Below are positions 38,901-54,047 of a stretch of DNA of 64,000 bases, piece by piece (within the stretch, counting starts at the first letter, position 1; every line of letters begins with the position of its first letter). Under the pieces are notes generated by a model, which was not told the DNA's origin, did not search any database, and worked only from the letters and a program-made list of their open reading frames with translations. Position numbers and translations under genes: made by a program. This DNA comes from Paragordius varius (lineage: Eukaryota > Animalia > Nematomorpha), in NCBI GenBank assembly GCA_964247055.1, contig OZ176050.1, positions 1,364,001-1,428,000 on the forward strand. Direction: 5' to 3'.

Positions 38901-41900
38901 ACTCAAGCTAAACATTGTCCTTAAAAATCGGATATTTGTCACCGGTGAACAAAATATTTTTTATACATTCTCTTAGTAGGACTACATCAAAATATCGAGA
39001 TAGTTTGGCAAACTCTTTCATAATCGATTTTTACAACGATACTTTAAAAATTAATGTATAAAACTAGACGCATCAATACTCAAGTTAAACTTTGTCCTTA
39101 AAAATCAAATATTGCTCACCGGTGAACAAAATTATTTTTTATACATTCTCTTAGTAAGACTACATCAAAATATAGAAATAGTTTGACAAATTCTTTCATA
39201 TCCGATTTTTACAACGATACTTTAAAAATTAATGTATTAAACTAGTCGCATCAATACTCAAGCTAAACATTGTCCTTAAAAATCGGATATTGGTCACCGG
39301 TGAACAAAACTATTTTTTATACATTCTCTTAGTAAGACTACATCAAAATATAGAAATAGTTTGACAAACTCTTTCATATCCGATTTTTACAACGATACTT
39401 TAAAAATTAATGTATAAAACTAGTCGTATCAATAAATCGCATCAATACTCAAGTTAAACTTTGTCCCTAAAAATCGGATATTGGTCACCGGTGAACAAAA
39501 TTATTTTTTATACATTCTCTTAGTAGGACTACATCAAAATACAGAGATAGTTTGGCAAACTCTTTCATATCCGATTTTTACAACGATACTTTAAAAATTA
39601 ATGTATAAAACTAGTCGCATCAATACTCAAGTTAAACTTTGTCCTTATAAACCATATATTGTTCACCGGTGAACAAAATTATTTTTTATACATTCTCTTA
39701 GTAAGACTACATCAAAATATAGAGATAGTTTGACAAACTCTTTCATATCCGATTTTTACAACGATACTTTAAAAAATAATGTATTAAACTAATCGCATCA
39801 ATACTCAAGTTAAACATAGTCCTTAAAAATCGAATATTGGTCACCGGTGAACAAAATTATTTTATATACATTCTCTTAGTAAGACTACATCAAAATATAG
39901 AGATAGTTTGACAAATTCATATCCGATTTTTACAACGATACTTTAAAAATTATTAAAACTAGTCTCATCAATACTCAAGTTAAACTTTGTCCTTAAAAAT
40001 CGAATATACAGGTAAACAAAATTATATTTTATACATTCTCTTAGTAGGACTACATCAAAATTTAGAGATAGTTTGACAAACTCTTTCATATCCGATTTTT
40101 ACAACGATACTTTAAAAATTAATGTGTTAAACTAGTCGTATCAATACTCAAGTTAAACTTTGTCCTTAAAAATCGAATATTGGTCACCGGTGAACAAAAT
40201 TATTTTTTAAACATTCTCTTAGTAAGACTACATCAAAATATAGAGATAGTTTGACAAACTCTTTCATATCCGATTTTTACAACGATACTTTAAAAATTAA
40301 TGTATTAAACTAGTCGCATCAATACTTAAGCTAAACATTGTCCTTAAAAATCGGATATTGTCACCGGTGAACTAAATTATTTTGTATACATTCTCTTAGC
40401 AAGACTACATCAAAATATAGAGATAGTTTGACAAACTCTTTCATATCCGATTTTTACAATAATACTTTAAAAATTAATGTATAAAACTAGTCGCATGATT
40501 ACTCAAGTTAAACTTTGTCCTAAAAAATCGGATATTGGTCACCGGTGAACAAAATTATTTTTTATACATTCTCTTAGTAAGACTACATCAAAATATAGAG
40601 ATAGTTTGACCTCTTTCATATCAGATTTTTACAACATACTTTAAAAATTAATGTATAAAACTAGTCGCATCAATACTCAAGTTTAATTTTGTCCTTAAAA
40701 ATGGGATATTGGTCACCGGTGAACAAAATTATTTTTTATACATTCTCTTAGTAAGACTACATCAAAATATAGAGATAGTTTGAAAAACTCTTTCATATCC
40801 GATTTTTACAACGATACTTTAAAAATTAATGTATAAAACTAGTCGCATCAATACTCAAGTAAAACTTTGTCCTAAAAAATCGGATATTGGTCACCGGTGA
40901 ACAAAATTATTTTTTATACATTCTCTTAGTAAGACTACATCAAAATATAGAGATAGTTTGACCTCTTTCATATCAGATTTTTACAACATACTTTAAAAAT
41001 TAATGTATAAAACTAGTCGCATCAATACTCAAGTTTAATTTTGTCCTTAAAAATGGGATATTGGTCACCGGTGAACAAAATTATTTTTTATACATTCTCT
41101 TAGTAAGACTACATCAAAATATAGAGATAGTTTGAAAAACTCTTTCATATCCGATTTTTACAACGATACTTTAAAAATTAATGTATAAAACTAGTCGCAT
41201 CAATATTCAAGCTAAACATTGTCCTTAAAAATCGGATATTGGTCACCGGTGAACAAAACTATTTTTTATACATTCTCTTAGTAAGACTAGAGATAGTTTG
41301 ACAAACTCTTTCATATCCGATTTTTACAACGATATTAAAAATTAATGTATAAAACTAGTCGCATCAATACTCAAGTTAAACTTTGTTATTAAAAATCGGA
41401 TATTGGTCACCGGTGAAAAAAATTATTTTTTATACATTCTCTTAGTAGGACTACATCAAAATACAGAGATAGTTTGGCAAACTCTTTCATATCCGATTTT
41501 TACAACGATACTTTAAAAATTAATGTATAAAACTAGTCGCATCAATACTCAAGTTAAACTTTGTCCTTAAAAACCGGATATTGGTCACCGGTGAACAAAA
41601 TTATTTTTTATACATTCTCTTAGCAAGACTACATCAAAATATAGAGATAGTTTGACAAACTCTTTCATATCCGATTTTTACAACGATACTTTAAAAATTA
41701 ATGTATAAAACTAGTCGTATCAATAAATCGCATCAATACTCAAGTTAAACTTTGTCCTTAAAAATCGGATATTGGTCACCGGTGAACAAAATTATTTTTT
41801 ATACATTCTCTTAGTAGGACTACATCAAAATATAGAGATAGTTTGGCAAACTCTTTCATATCCGATTTTTACAACGATACTTTAAAAATTATGGTATTAA

Positions 41901-44900
41901 ACCAGTCGTATCAATACTCAAGTTAAACTTTGTCCTTAAAAATCGGATATTGTCACCGGTGAACAAAATTATTTTTTATACATTCTCTTAGAAAGACTAC
42001 ATCAAAATATAGAGATAGTTTGACAAATTCATTCATATCCGATTTTCAACGATATTATAAAAATTATTAAAACTAGTCCCATCAATACTCAAGTTAAACT
42101 TTGTCCTTAAAAATCGAATATACCCGTGAACAAAATTATTTTTTATACATTCTCTTAGTAGGAGTACATAAAAATATAAAGATAGTTTGACAAACTCTTT
42201 CATATCCGATTTTTACAACGATACTTTAAAAATTATGGTATTAAACCAGTCGCACCAATACTCAAGTTAAACTTTGTCCTTAAAAATCGGATATTGGTCA
42301 CCGGTGAACAAAATTATTTTTTATACATTCTCTTAGTAAGACTACATCAAAATATAGAGATAGTTTGACAAACTCTTTCATATCCGATTTTTACAACGAT
42401 ACTTTAAAAATTAATGTATTAAACTAGTCGCATCAATACTCAAGCTAAACATTGTCCTTAAAAATCGGATATTGGTCACCGGTGAACAAAACTATTTTTT
42501 ATACATTCTCTTAGTAAGACTACATCAAAATATAGAGATAGTTTGACAAACTCTTTCACATCCGATTTTTACAACGATACTTTAAAAATTAATGTATAAA
42601 ACTAGTCGTCTCAATAAATCGCATCAATACTCAAGTTAAACTTTGTCCTTAAAAATCGGATATTGGTCACCGGTGAACAAAATTATTTTTTATCCATTCT
42701 CTTAGTAGGACTACATCAAAATATAGAGATAGTTTGGCAAACTCTTTCATATTCGATTTTTACAACGATACTTTAAAAATTATGGTATTAAACCAGTCGC
42801 ATCAATACTCAAGTTAAACTTTGTCCTTAAAAATCGAATATTGGTCACTAGTGAACAAAATTATTTTTTATACATTCTCTTAGTAAGACTATATCAAAAT
42901 ATAGAGATAGTTTGACAAACTCTTTCATATCCGATTTTTACAACGATACTTTAAAAATTAATGTGTTAAACTAGTCGCATCAATACTCAAGTTAAACTTT
43001 GTCCTTAAAAATCGAATATTGGTCACCGGTGAACAAAATTATTTTTTAAGCATTCTCTTAGTAAGACTACATCAAAATATAGAGATAGTTTGACAAACTC
43101 TTTCATATCCGATTTTTACAACGATACTTTAAAAATTAATGTATAAAACTAGTCGCATCAATACTCAAGTTAAACTTTGTCCCTTAAAATCGGATATTGG
43201 TCACCGGTGAACAAAACTATTTTTTATACATTCTCTTAGTAAGACTACATCAAAATATAGAGATAGTTTGACCTCTTTCATATCCGATTTTTACAACGAT
43301 ACTTTAAAAATTAATGTATAAAACTAGTCGCATCAATACTCAAGTAAAACTTTGTCCTAAAAAATCGGAAATTGGTCACCGGTGAACAAAATTATTTTTT
43401 ATACATTCTCTTAGTAAGACTACATCAAAATATAGAGATAGTTTGACCTCTTTCATATCAGATTTTTACAACATACTTTAAAAATTAATGTATAAAACTA
43501 GTCGCATCAATACTCAAGTTTAATTTTGTCCTTAAAAATCGGATATTGGTCACCGGTGAACAAAATTATTTTTTATACATTCTCTTAGTAAGACTACATC
43601 AAAATATAGAGATAGTTTGAAAAACTCTTTCATATCCGATTTTTACAACGATACTTTAAAAATTAATGTATAAAACTAGTCGCATCAATACTCAAGCTAA
43701 ACATTGTCTTAAAAATCGGATATTGGTCACCGGTGAACAAAACTATTTTTTATACATTCTCTTAGTAAGACTACATCAAAATATAGAGATAGTTTGACAA
43801 ACTCTTTCATATCCGATTTTTACAACGATATTTAAAAATTAATGTATTAAACTAGTCGCATCAATACTCAAGTTAAACTTTGTTATTAAAAATCGGATAT
43901 TGGTCACCGGTGAACAAAATTATTTTTTATACATTCTCTTAGTAGGACTACATCAAAATACAGAGATAGTTTGGCAAACTCTTTCATATCCGATTTTTAC
44001 AACGATACTTTAAAAATTAATGTATAAAACTAGTCGCATCAATACTCAAGTTAAACTTTGTCCTTAAAAACCGGATATTGGTCACCGGTGAACAAAATTA
44101 TTTTTTATACATTCTCTTAGCAAGACTACATCAAAATATAGAGATAGTTTGACAAACTCTTTCATATCCGATTTTTACAACGATACTTTAAAAATTAATG
44201 TATAAAACTAGTCGTATCAATAAATCGCATCAATACTCAAGTTAAACTTTGTCCTTAAAAATCGGATATTGGTCACCGGTGAACAAAATTATTTTTTATA
44301 CATTCTCTTAGTAGGACTACATCAAAATATAGAGATAGTTTGGCAAACTCTTTCATATCCGATTTTTACAACGATACTTTAAAAATTATGGTATTAAACC
44401 AGTCGTATCAATACTCAAGTTAAACTTTGTCCTTAAAAATCGGATATTGGTCACCGGTGAACAAAATTATTTTTTATACATTCTCTTAGTAAGACTACAT
44501 CAAAATATAGAGATAGTTTGACAAATTCATTCATATCCGATTTTTACAACGATATTATAAAAATTATTAAAACTAGTCCCATCAATACTCAAGTTAAACT
44601 TTGTCCTTAAAAATCGAATATACCCGTGAACAAAATTATTTTTTATACATTCTCTTAGTAGGACTACATCAAAATATAGAGATAGTTTGACAAACTCTTT
44701 CATATCCGATTTTTACAACGATACTTTAAAAATTATGGTATTAAACCAGTCGCATCAATACTCAAGTTAAACTTTGTCCTTAAAAATCGGATATTGGTCA
44801 CCGGTGAACAAAATTATTTTTTATACATTCTCTTAGTAAGACTACATCAAAATATAGAGATAGTTTGATAAACTCTTTCATATCCGATTTTTACAACGAT

Positions 44901-47900
44901 ACTTTAAAAATTAATGTGTTAAACTAGTCGCATCAATACTCAAGTTAAACTTTGTCCTTAAAAATCGAATATTGGTCACCGGTGAACAAAATTATTTTTT
45001 AAGCATTCTCTTAGTAAGACTACATCAAAATATAGAGATAGTTTGACAAACTCTTTCATATCCGATTTTTACAACGATACTTTAAAAATTAATGTATAAA
45101 ACTAGTCGCATCAATACTCAAGTTAAACTTTGTCCTTAAAAATCGGATATTGGTCACCGGTGAACAAAACTATTTTTTATACATTCTCTTAGTAAGACTA
45201 CATCAAAATATAGAGATAGTTTGACCTCTTTCATATCCGATTTTTACAACGATACTTTAAAAATTAATGTATAAAACTAGTCGCATCAATACTCAAGTAA
45301 AACTTTGTCCTAAAAAATCGGAAATTGGTCACCGGTGAACAAAATTATTTTTTATACATTCTCTTAGTAAGACTACATCAAAATATAGAGATAGTTTGAC
45401 CTCTTTCATATCAGATTTTTACAACATACTTTAAAAATTAATGTATAAAACTAGTCGCATCAATACTCAAGTTTAATTTTGTCCTTAAAAATGGGATATT
45501 GGTCACCGGTGAACAAAATTATTTTTTATACATTCTCTTAGTAAGACTACATCAAAATATAGAGATAGTTTGAAAAACTCTTTCATATACGATTTTTACA
45601 ACGATACTTTAAAAATTAATGTATAAAACTAGTCGCATCAATACTCAAGCTAAACATTGTCTTAAAAATCGGATATTGGTCACCGGTGAACAAAACTATT
45701 TTTTATACATTCTCTTAGTAAGACTACATCAAAATATAGAGATAGTTTGACAAACTCTTTCATATCCGATTTTTACAACGATATTTAAAAATTAATGTAT
45801 AAAACTAGTCGCATCAATACTCAAGTTAAACTTTGTTATTAAAAATCGGATATTGGTCACCGGTGAACAAAATTATTTTTTATACATTCTCTTAGTAGGA
45901 CTACATCAAAATACAGAGATAGTTTGGCAAACTCTTTCATATCCGATTTTTACAACGATACTTTAAAAATTAATGTATAAAACTAGTCGCATCAATACTC
46001 AAGTTAAACTTTGTCCTTAAAAACCGGATATTGGTCACCGGTGAACAAAATTATTTTTTATACATTCTCTTAGCAAGACTACATCAAAATATAGAGATAG
46101 TTTGACAAACTCTTTCATATCCGATTTTTACAACGATACTTTAAAAATTAATGTATAAAACTAGTCGTATCAATAAATCGCATCAATACTCAAGTTAAAC
46201 TTTGTCCTTAAAAATCGGATATTGGTCACCGGTGAACAAAATTATTTTTTATACATTCTCTTAGTAGGACTACATCAAAATATAGAGATAGTTTGGCAAA
46301 CTCTTTCATATCCGATTTTTACAACGATACTTTAAAAATTATGGTATTAAACCAGTCGTATCAATACTCAAGTTAAACTTTGTCCTTAAAAATCGGATAT
46401 TGGTCACCGGTGAACAAAATTATTTTTTATACATTCTCTTAGTAAGACTACATCAAAATATAGAGATAGTTTGACAAATTCATTCATATCCGATTTTTAC
46501 AACGATATTATAAAAATTATTAAAACTAGTCCCATCAATACTCAAGTTAAACTTTGTCCTTAAAAATCGAATATACCCGTGAACAAAATTATTTTTTATA
46601 CATTCTCTTAGTAGGACTACATCAAAATATAGAGATAGTTTGACAAACTCTTTCATATCCGATTTTTACAACGATACTTTAAAAATTATGGTATTAAACC
46701 AGTCGCATCAATACTCAAGTTAAACTTTGTCCTTAAAAATCGGATATTGGTCACCGGTGAACAAAATTATTTTTTATACATTCTCTTAGTAAGACTACAT
46801 CAAAATATAGAGATAGTTTGATAAACTCTTTCATATCCGATTTTTACAACGATACTTTAAAAATTAATGTATTAAACTAGTCGCATCAATACTCAAGCTA
46901 AACATTGTCCTTAAAAATCGGATATTGGTCACCGGTGAACAAAACTATTTTTTATACATTCTCTTAGTAAGACTACATCAAAATATAGAGATAGTTTGAC
47001 AAACTCTTTCACATCCGATTTTTACAACGATACTTTAAAAATTAATGTATAAAACTAGTCGTATCAATAAATCGCATCAATACTCAAGTTAAACTTTGTC
47101 CTTAAAAATCGGATATTGGTCACCGGTGAACAAAATTATTTTTTATACATTCTCTTAGTAGGACTACATCAAAATATAGAGATAGTTTGGCAAACTCTTT
47201 CATATCCGATTTTTACAACGATACTTTAAAAATTAATGTATAAAACTAGTCGCATCAATACTCAAGTTAAACATTGTCCTTAAAAATCGGATATTGGTCA
47301 CCGGTGAACAAAATTATTTTTTATACATTCTCTTAGTAAGACTACATCAAAATATAGAAATAGTTTGACAAACTCTTTCATATCCGATTTTTACAACGAT
47401 ATTTAAAAATTAATGTATTAAACTAGTCGCATCAATACTCAAGCTAAACATTGTCCTTAAAAATCGGATATTTGTCACCGGTGAACAAAATTATTTTTTA
47501 TACATTCTCTTAGTAGGACTACATCAAAATATAGAGATAGTTTGGCAAACTCTTTCATAATCGATTTTTACAACGATACTTTAAAAATTAATGTATAAAA
47601 CTAGACGCATCAATACTCAAGTTAAACTTTGTCCTTAAAAATCAAATATTGCTCACCGGTGAACAAAATTATTTTTTATACATTCTCTTAGTAAGACTAC
47701 ATCAAAATATAGAAATAGTTTGACAAATTCTTTCATATCCGATTTTTACAACGATACTTTAAAAATTAATGTATTAAACTAGTCGCATCAATACTCAAGC
47801 TAAACATTGTCCTAAAAAATCGGATATTGGTCACCGGTGAACAAAACTATTTTTTATACATTCTCTTAGTAAGACTACATCAAAATATAGAAATAGTTTG

Positions 47901-48057
47901 ACAAACTCTTTCATATCCGATTTTTACAACGATACTTTAAAAATTAATGTATAAAACTAGTCGTATCAATAAATCGCATCAATACTCAAGTTAAACTTTG
48001 TCCCTAAAAATCGGATATTGGTCACCGGTGAACAAAATTATTTTTTATACATTCTCT
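32902..48057 (+). repeat. Large tandem segmental duplication: 32902-39520 (6619 bp) and 39521-48057 (8537 bp, internally expanded)
   Basis: Rare markers pair in order: CCTTATAAACCATAT (offset 6619), CAATAATACT (6437), GGAGTACATAAAAATATAAAG (6951), CGGAAATTGG (6951), ATCAAATATTGCTC (8537). Confidence 0.9.
42900..46850 (+). repeat. 11-mer tandem duplication (1953 bp) nested inside the second copy of the large duplication
   Basis: TTTTAAGCATT (43048, 45001) and CGGAAATT (43366, 45319) recur at offset 1953. Boundaries are approximate. Confidence 0.86.
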
Positions 48058-50400
48058 TAGCAAGACTACATCAAAATAAGAGATAGTTTGACAAACTCTT
48101 TTATATCCGATTTTTACAACGATACTTTAAAAATTATGGTATTAAACCAGTCGCATCAATACTCAAGTTAAACTTTGTCCTTATTAATCGGATATTGGTC
48201 ACCGGTGAACAAAATTATTTTTTATACCTTCTCTTAGTAAGACTACATCAAAATATAGAAATAGTTTGACAAACTCTTTCATATCCGATTTTTACAACGA
48301 TACTTTAAAAATTAATGTATAAAACTAGTCGTATCAATAAATCGCATCAATACTCAAGTTAAATTTTGTCCTTAAAAATCGGATATTGGTCACCGGTGAA
48401 CAAAATTATTTTATATACATTCTCTTAGTAAGACTACATCAAAATATAGAGATAGTTTGACAAACTCTCTTATATACGATTTTTACAATGATACTTTAAA
48501 AATTAATGTATTAAACTAGTCGCATCAATACTCAAGCTAAACATTGTCCTTAAAAATCGGATATTGGTCACCGGTGAACAAAACTATTTTTTATACATTC
48601 TCTTAGTAAGACTACATCAAAATATAGAGATAGTTTGACAAACTCTCTCATATCCGATTTTTACAACGATACTTTAAAAATTAATGTATAAAACTAGTCG
48701 CATCAATACTCAAGCTAAACATTGTCCTTAAAAATCGGATATTGGTCACCGGTGAACAAAATTATTTTTTATACATTCTCTTAGTAGGACTACATCAAAA
48801 TATAGAGATAGTTTGGCAAACTCTTTCATAATCGATTTTTACAACGATACTTTAAAAATTAATGTATAAAACTAGACGCATCAATACTCAAGTTAAACAT
48901 TGTCCTTAAAAATCGGATATTGGTCACCGGTGAACAAAACTATTTTTTATACATTCTCTTAGTAAGACTACATCAAAATATAGAGATAGTTTGACAAACT
49001 CTCTCATATCCGTATTTTACAACGATACTTTAAAAATTAATGTATAAAACTAGTCGCATCAATACTCAAGCTAAACATTGTCCTTAAAAATCGGATATTG
49101 GTCACCGGTGAACAAAATTATTTTTTATACATTCTCTTAGTAGGACTACATCAAAATATAGAGATAGTTTGGCAAACTCTTTCATAATCGATTTTTACAA
49201 CGATACTTTAAAAATTAATGTATAAAACTAGTCGCATCAATACTCAAGTTAAACTTTGTCCTTAAAAATCGGATATTGGTCACCGGTGAACAAAATTATT
49301 TTTTATACATTCTCTTAGTAAGACTACATCAAAATATAGAAATAGTTTGACAAACTCTTTCATATCCGATTTTTACAACGATACTTTAAAAATTAATGTA
49401 TAAAACTAGTCGTATCAATAAATCGCATCAATACTCAAGTTAAACTTTGTCCCTAAAAATCGGATATTGGTCACCGGTGAACAAAATTATTTTTTATACA
49501 TTCTCTTAGCAAGACTACATCAAAATAAGAGATAGTTTGACAAACTCTTTTATATCCGATTTTTACAACGATACTTTAAAAATTATGGTATTAAACCAGT
49601 CGCATCAATACTCAAGTTAAACTTTGTCCTTAAAAATCGGATATTGGTCACCGGTGAACAAAATTATTTTTTATACATTCTCTTAGTAAGACTACATCAA
49701 AATATAGAAATAGTTTGACAAACTCTTTCATATCCGATTTTTACAACGATACTTTAAAAATTAATGTATAAAACTAGTCGTATCAATAAATCGCATCAAT
49801 ACTCAAGTTAAATTTTGTCCTTAAAAATCGGATATTGGTCACCGGTGAACAAAATTATTTTATATACATTCTCTTAGTAAGACTACATCAAAATATAGAG
49901 ATAGTTTGACAAACTCTCTTATATCCGATTTTTACAATGATACTTTAAAAATTAATGTATTAAACTAGTCGCATCAATACTCAAGCTAAACATTGTCCTT
50001 AAAAATCGGATATTGGTCACCGGTGAACAAAACTATTTTTTATACATTCTCTTAGTAAGACTACATCAAAATATAGAGATAGTTTGACAAACTCTCTCAT
50101 ATCCGATTTTTACAACGATACTTTAAAAATTAATGTATAAAACTAGTCGCATCAATACTCAAGCTAAACATTGTCCTTAAAAATCGGATATTGGTCACCG
50201 GTGAACAAAATTATTTTTTATACATTCTCTTAGTAGGACTACATCAAAATATAGAGATAGTTTGGCAAACTCTTTCATAATCGATTTTTACAACGATACT
50301 TTAAAAATTAATGTATAAAACTAGACGCATCAATACTCAAGTTAAACATTGTCCTTAAAAATCGGATATTGGTCACCGGTGAACAAAACTATTTTTTATA
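47867..50400 (+). repeat. 8-mer tandem duplication (1449 bp), second copy partial
   Basis: AAAATAAGAGAT at 48077 and 49526, and monomer starts 47867 and 49316, both at offset 1449. Confidence 0.8.
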
Positions 50401-53400
50401 CATTCTCTTAGTAGGACTACATCAAAATATAGAAATAGTTTGACAAACTCTTTCACATCCGATTTTTACAACGATACTTTAAAAATTAATGTATAAAACT
50501 AGTCGTATCAATAAATCGCATCAATACTCAAGTTAAACTTTGTCCTTAAAAATCGGATATTGGTCACCGGTTAACAATATTATTTTTTATACATTCTCTT
50601 AGTAGGACTCTATCAAAATATAGAAATAGTTTGACAAACTCTTTCACATCCGATTTTTACAACGATACTTTAAAAATTAATGTATAAAACTAGTCGTATC
50701 AATAAATCGCATCAATACTCAAGTTAAACTTTGTCCTTAAAAATCGGATATTGGTCACCGGTTAACAAAATTATTTTTTATACATTCTCTTAGTAGGACT
50801 ACATCAAAATATAGAGATAGTTTGGCAAACTCTTTCATAATCGATTTTTACAACGATACTTTAAAAATTAATGTATAAAACTAGACGCATCAATACTCAA
50901 GTTAAACTTTGTCCATAAAAATCGGATATTGCTCACCGGTCAACAAAATTATTTTTTATACATTCTCTTAGTAAGACTACATCAAAATATAGAAATAGTT
51001 TGACAAATTCTTTCATATCCGATTTTTACAACGATACTTTAAAAATTAATGTATTAAACTAGTCGCATCAATACTCAAGCTAAATATTGTCCTTAAAAAT
51101 CGGATATTGGTCACCGGTGAACAAAACTATTTTTTATACATTCTCTTAGTAAGACTACATCAAAATATAGAAATAGTTTGACAAACTCTTTCATATCCGA
51201 TTTTTACAACGATACTTTAAAAATTAATGTATAAAACTAGTCGTATCAATAAATCGCATCAATACTCAAGTTAAACTTTGTCCTTAAAAATCAGATATTG
51301 GTCACCGGTGAACAAAATTATTTTTTATACATTCTCTTAGTAAGACTACATCAAAATATAGAGATAGTTTGACAAACTCTCTCATATCCGATTTTTACAA
51401 CGATACTTTAAAAATTAATGTATAAAACTAGTCGCATCAATACTCAAGCTAAACATTGTCCCTAAAAATCGGATATTGGTCACCGGTGAACAAAATTATT
51501 TTATATACATTCTCTTAGTAAGACTACATCAAAATATAGAGATAGTTTGACAAACTCTCTTATATCCGATTTTTACAACGATACTTTAAAAATTAATGTA
51601 TAAAACTAGTCGCATCAATACTCAAGCTAAACATTGTCCTTAAAAATTGGATATTGGTCACCGGTGAACAAAACTATTTTTTATACATTCTCTTAGTAAG
51701 ACTACATCAAAATATAGAGATAGTTTGACAAACTCTTTCATATCCGATTTTTACAACGATATTTAAAAATTAATGTATAAAACTAGTCGTATCAATAAAT
51801 CGCATCAATACTCAAGTTAAACTTTGCCCTTAAAAATCGGATAATGGTCACCGGTGAACAAAATTATTTTTTATACATTCTCTTAGCAAGACTACATCAA
51901 AATATAGAGATAGTTTGACAAACTCTCTCATATCCGATTTTTACAACGATACTTTAAAAATTAATGTATAAAACTAGTCGCATCAATACTCAAGCTAAAC
52001 ATTGTCCTTAAAAATCGGATATTGGTCACCGGTGAACAAAATTATTTTTTATACATTCTCTTAGTAAGACTACATCAAAATATAGAGATAGTTTGACAAA
52101 CTCTCTCATATCCGATTTTTACAACGATACTTTAAAAATTAATGTATAAAACTAGTCGCATCAATACTCAAGCTAAACATTGTCCTTAAAAATCGGATAT
52201 TGGTCACCGGTGAACAAAATTATTTTATATACATTCTCTTAGTAAGACTACATCAAAATATAGAGATAGTTTGACAAACTCTCTTATATCCGATTTTTAC
52301 AACGATACTTTAAAAATTAATGTATAAAACTAGTCGCATCAATACTCAAGCTAAACATTGTCCTTAAAAATTGGATATTGGTCACCGGTGAACAAAACTA
52401 TTTTTTATACATTCTCTTAGTAAGACTACATCAAAATATAGAGATAGTTTGACAAACTCTTTCATATCCGATTTTTACAACGATATTTAAAAATTAATGT
52501 ATAAAACTAGTCGTATAAATAAATCGCATCAATACTCAAGTTAAACTTTGTCCTTAAAAATCGGATATTGGTCACCGGTGAACAAAATTATTTTTTATAC
52601 ATTCTCTTAGCAAGACTACATCAAAATATAGAGATAGTTTGACAAACTCTTTTATATCCGATTTTTACAACGATACTTTAAAAATTATGGTATTAAACCA
52701 GTCGCATCAATACTCAAGTTAAAATTTGTCCTTAAAAATCGGATATTGGTCACCGGTGAACAAAACTATTTTTTATACATTCTCTTAGTAAGACTACATC
52801 AAAATATAGAGATAGTTTGACAAACTCTTTCACATCCGATTTTTACAACGATACTTTAAAAATTAATGTATAAAACTAGTCGTATCAATAAATCGCATCA
52901 ATACTCAAGTTAAACTTTGTCCATAAAAATCGGATATTGGTCACCGGTGAACAAAATTATTTTTTATACATTCTCTTAGTAAGACTACATCAAAATATAG
53001 AGATAGTTTGACAAACTCTTTCATATCCGATTTTTACAACGATATTTAAAAATTAATGTATAAAACTAGTCGCATCAATACTCAAGTTAAACTTTGTTAT
53101 TAATAATCGGATATTGGTCACCGGTGAACAAAATTATTTTTTATACATTCTCTTAGTAGGACTACATCAAAATACAGAGATAGTTTGGCAAACTCTTTCA
53201 TATCCGATTTTTACAACGATACTTTAAAAATTAATGTATAAAACTAGTCGCATCAAAACTCAAGTTAAACTTTGTCCTTAAAAACCGGATATTGGTCACC
53301 GGTGAACAAAATTGTTTTTTATACATTCTCTTAGCAAGACTACATCAAAATATAGAGATAGTTTGACAAACTCTTTCATATCCGATTTTTACAACGATAC

Positions 53401-54047
53401 TTTAAATATTAATGTATAAAACTAGTCGTATCAATAAATCGCATCAATACTCAAGTTAAACTTTGTCCTTAAAAATCGGATATTGGTCACCGGTGAACAA
53501 AATTATTTTTTATACATTCTCTTAGTAGGACTACATCAAAATATAGAGATAGTTTGGCAAACTCTTTCATATCCGATTTTTACAACGATACTTTAAAAAT
53601 TATGGTATTAAACCAGTCGTATCAATACTCAAGTTAAACTTGGTTTTTAAAAATCGGATATTGGTCACCGGTGAACAAAATTATTTTTTATACATTCTCT
53701 TAGTAAGACTACATCAAAATATAGAGATAGTTTGACAAATTCATTCATATCCGATTTTTACAACGATATTATAAAAATTATTAAAACTAGTCCCATCAAT
53801 ACTCAAGTTAAACTTTGTCCTTAAAAATCGAATATACCCGTGAACAAAATTATTTTTTATACATTCTCTTAGTAGGACTACATCAAAATATAGAGATAGT
53901 TTGACAAACTCTTTCATATCCGATTTTTACAACGATACTTTAAAAATTATGGTATTAAACCAGTCGCATCAATACTCAAGTTAAACTTTGTCCTTAAAAA
54001 TCGGATATTGGTCACCGGTGAACAAAATTATTTTTTATACATTCTCT

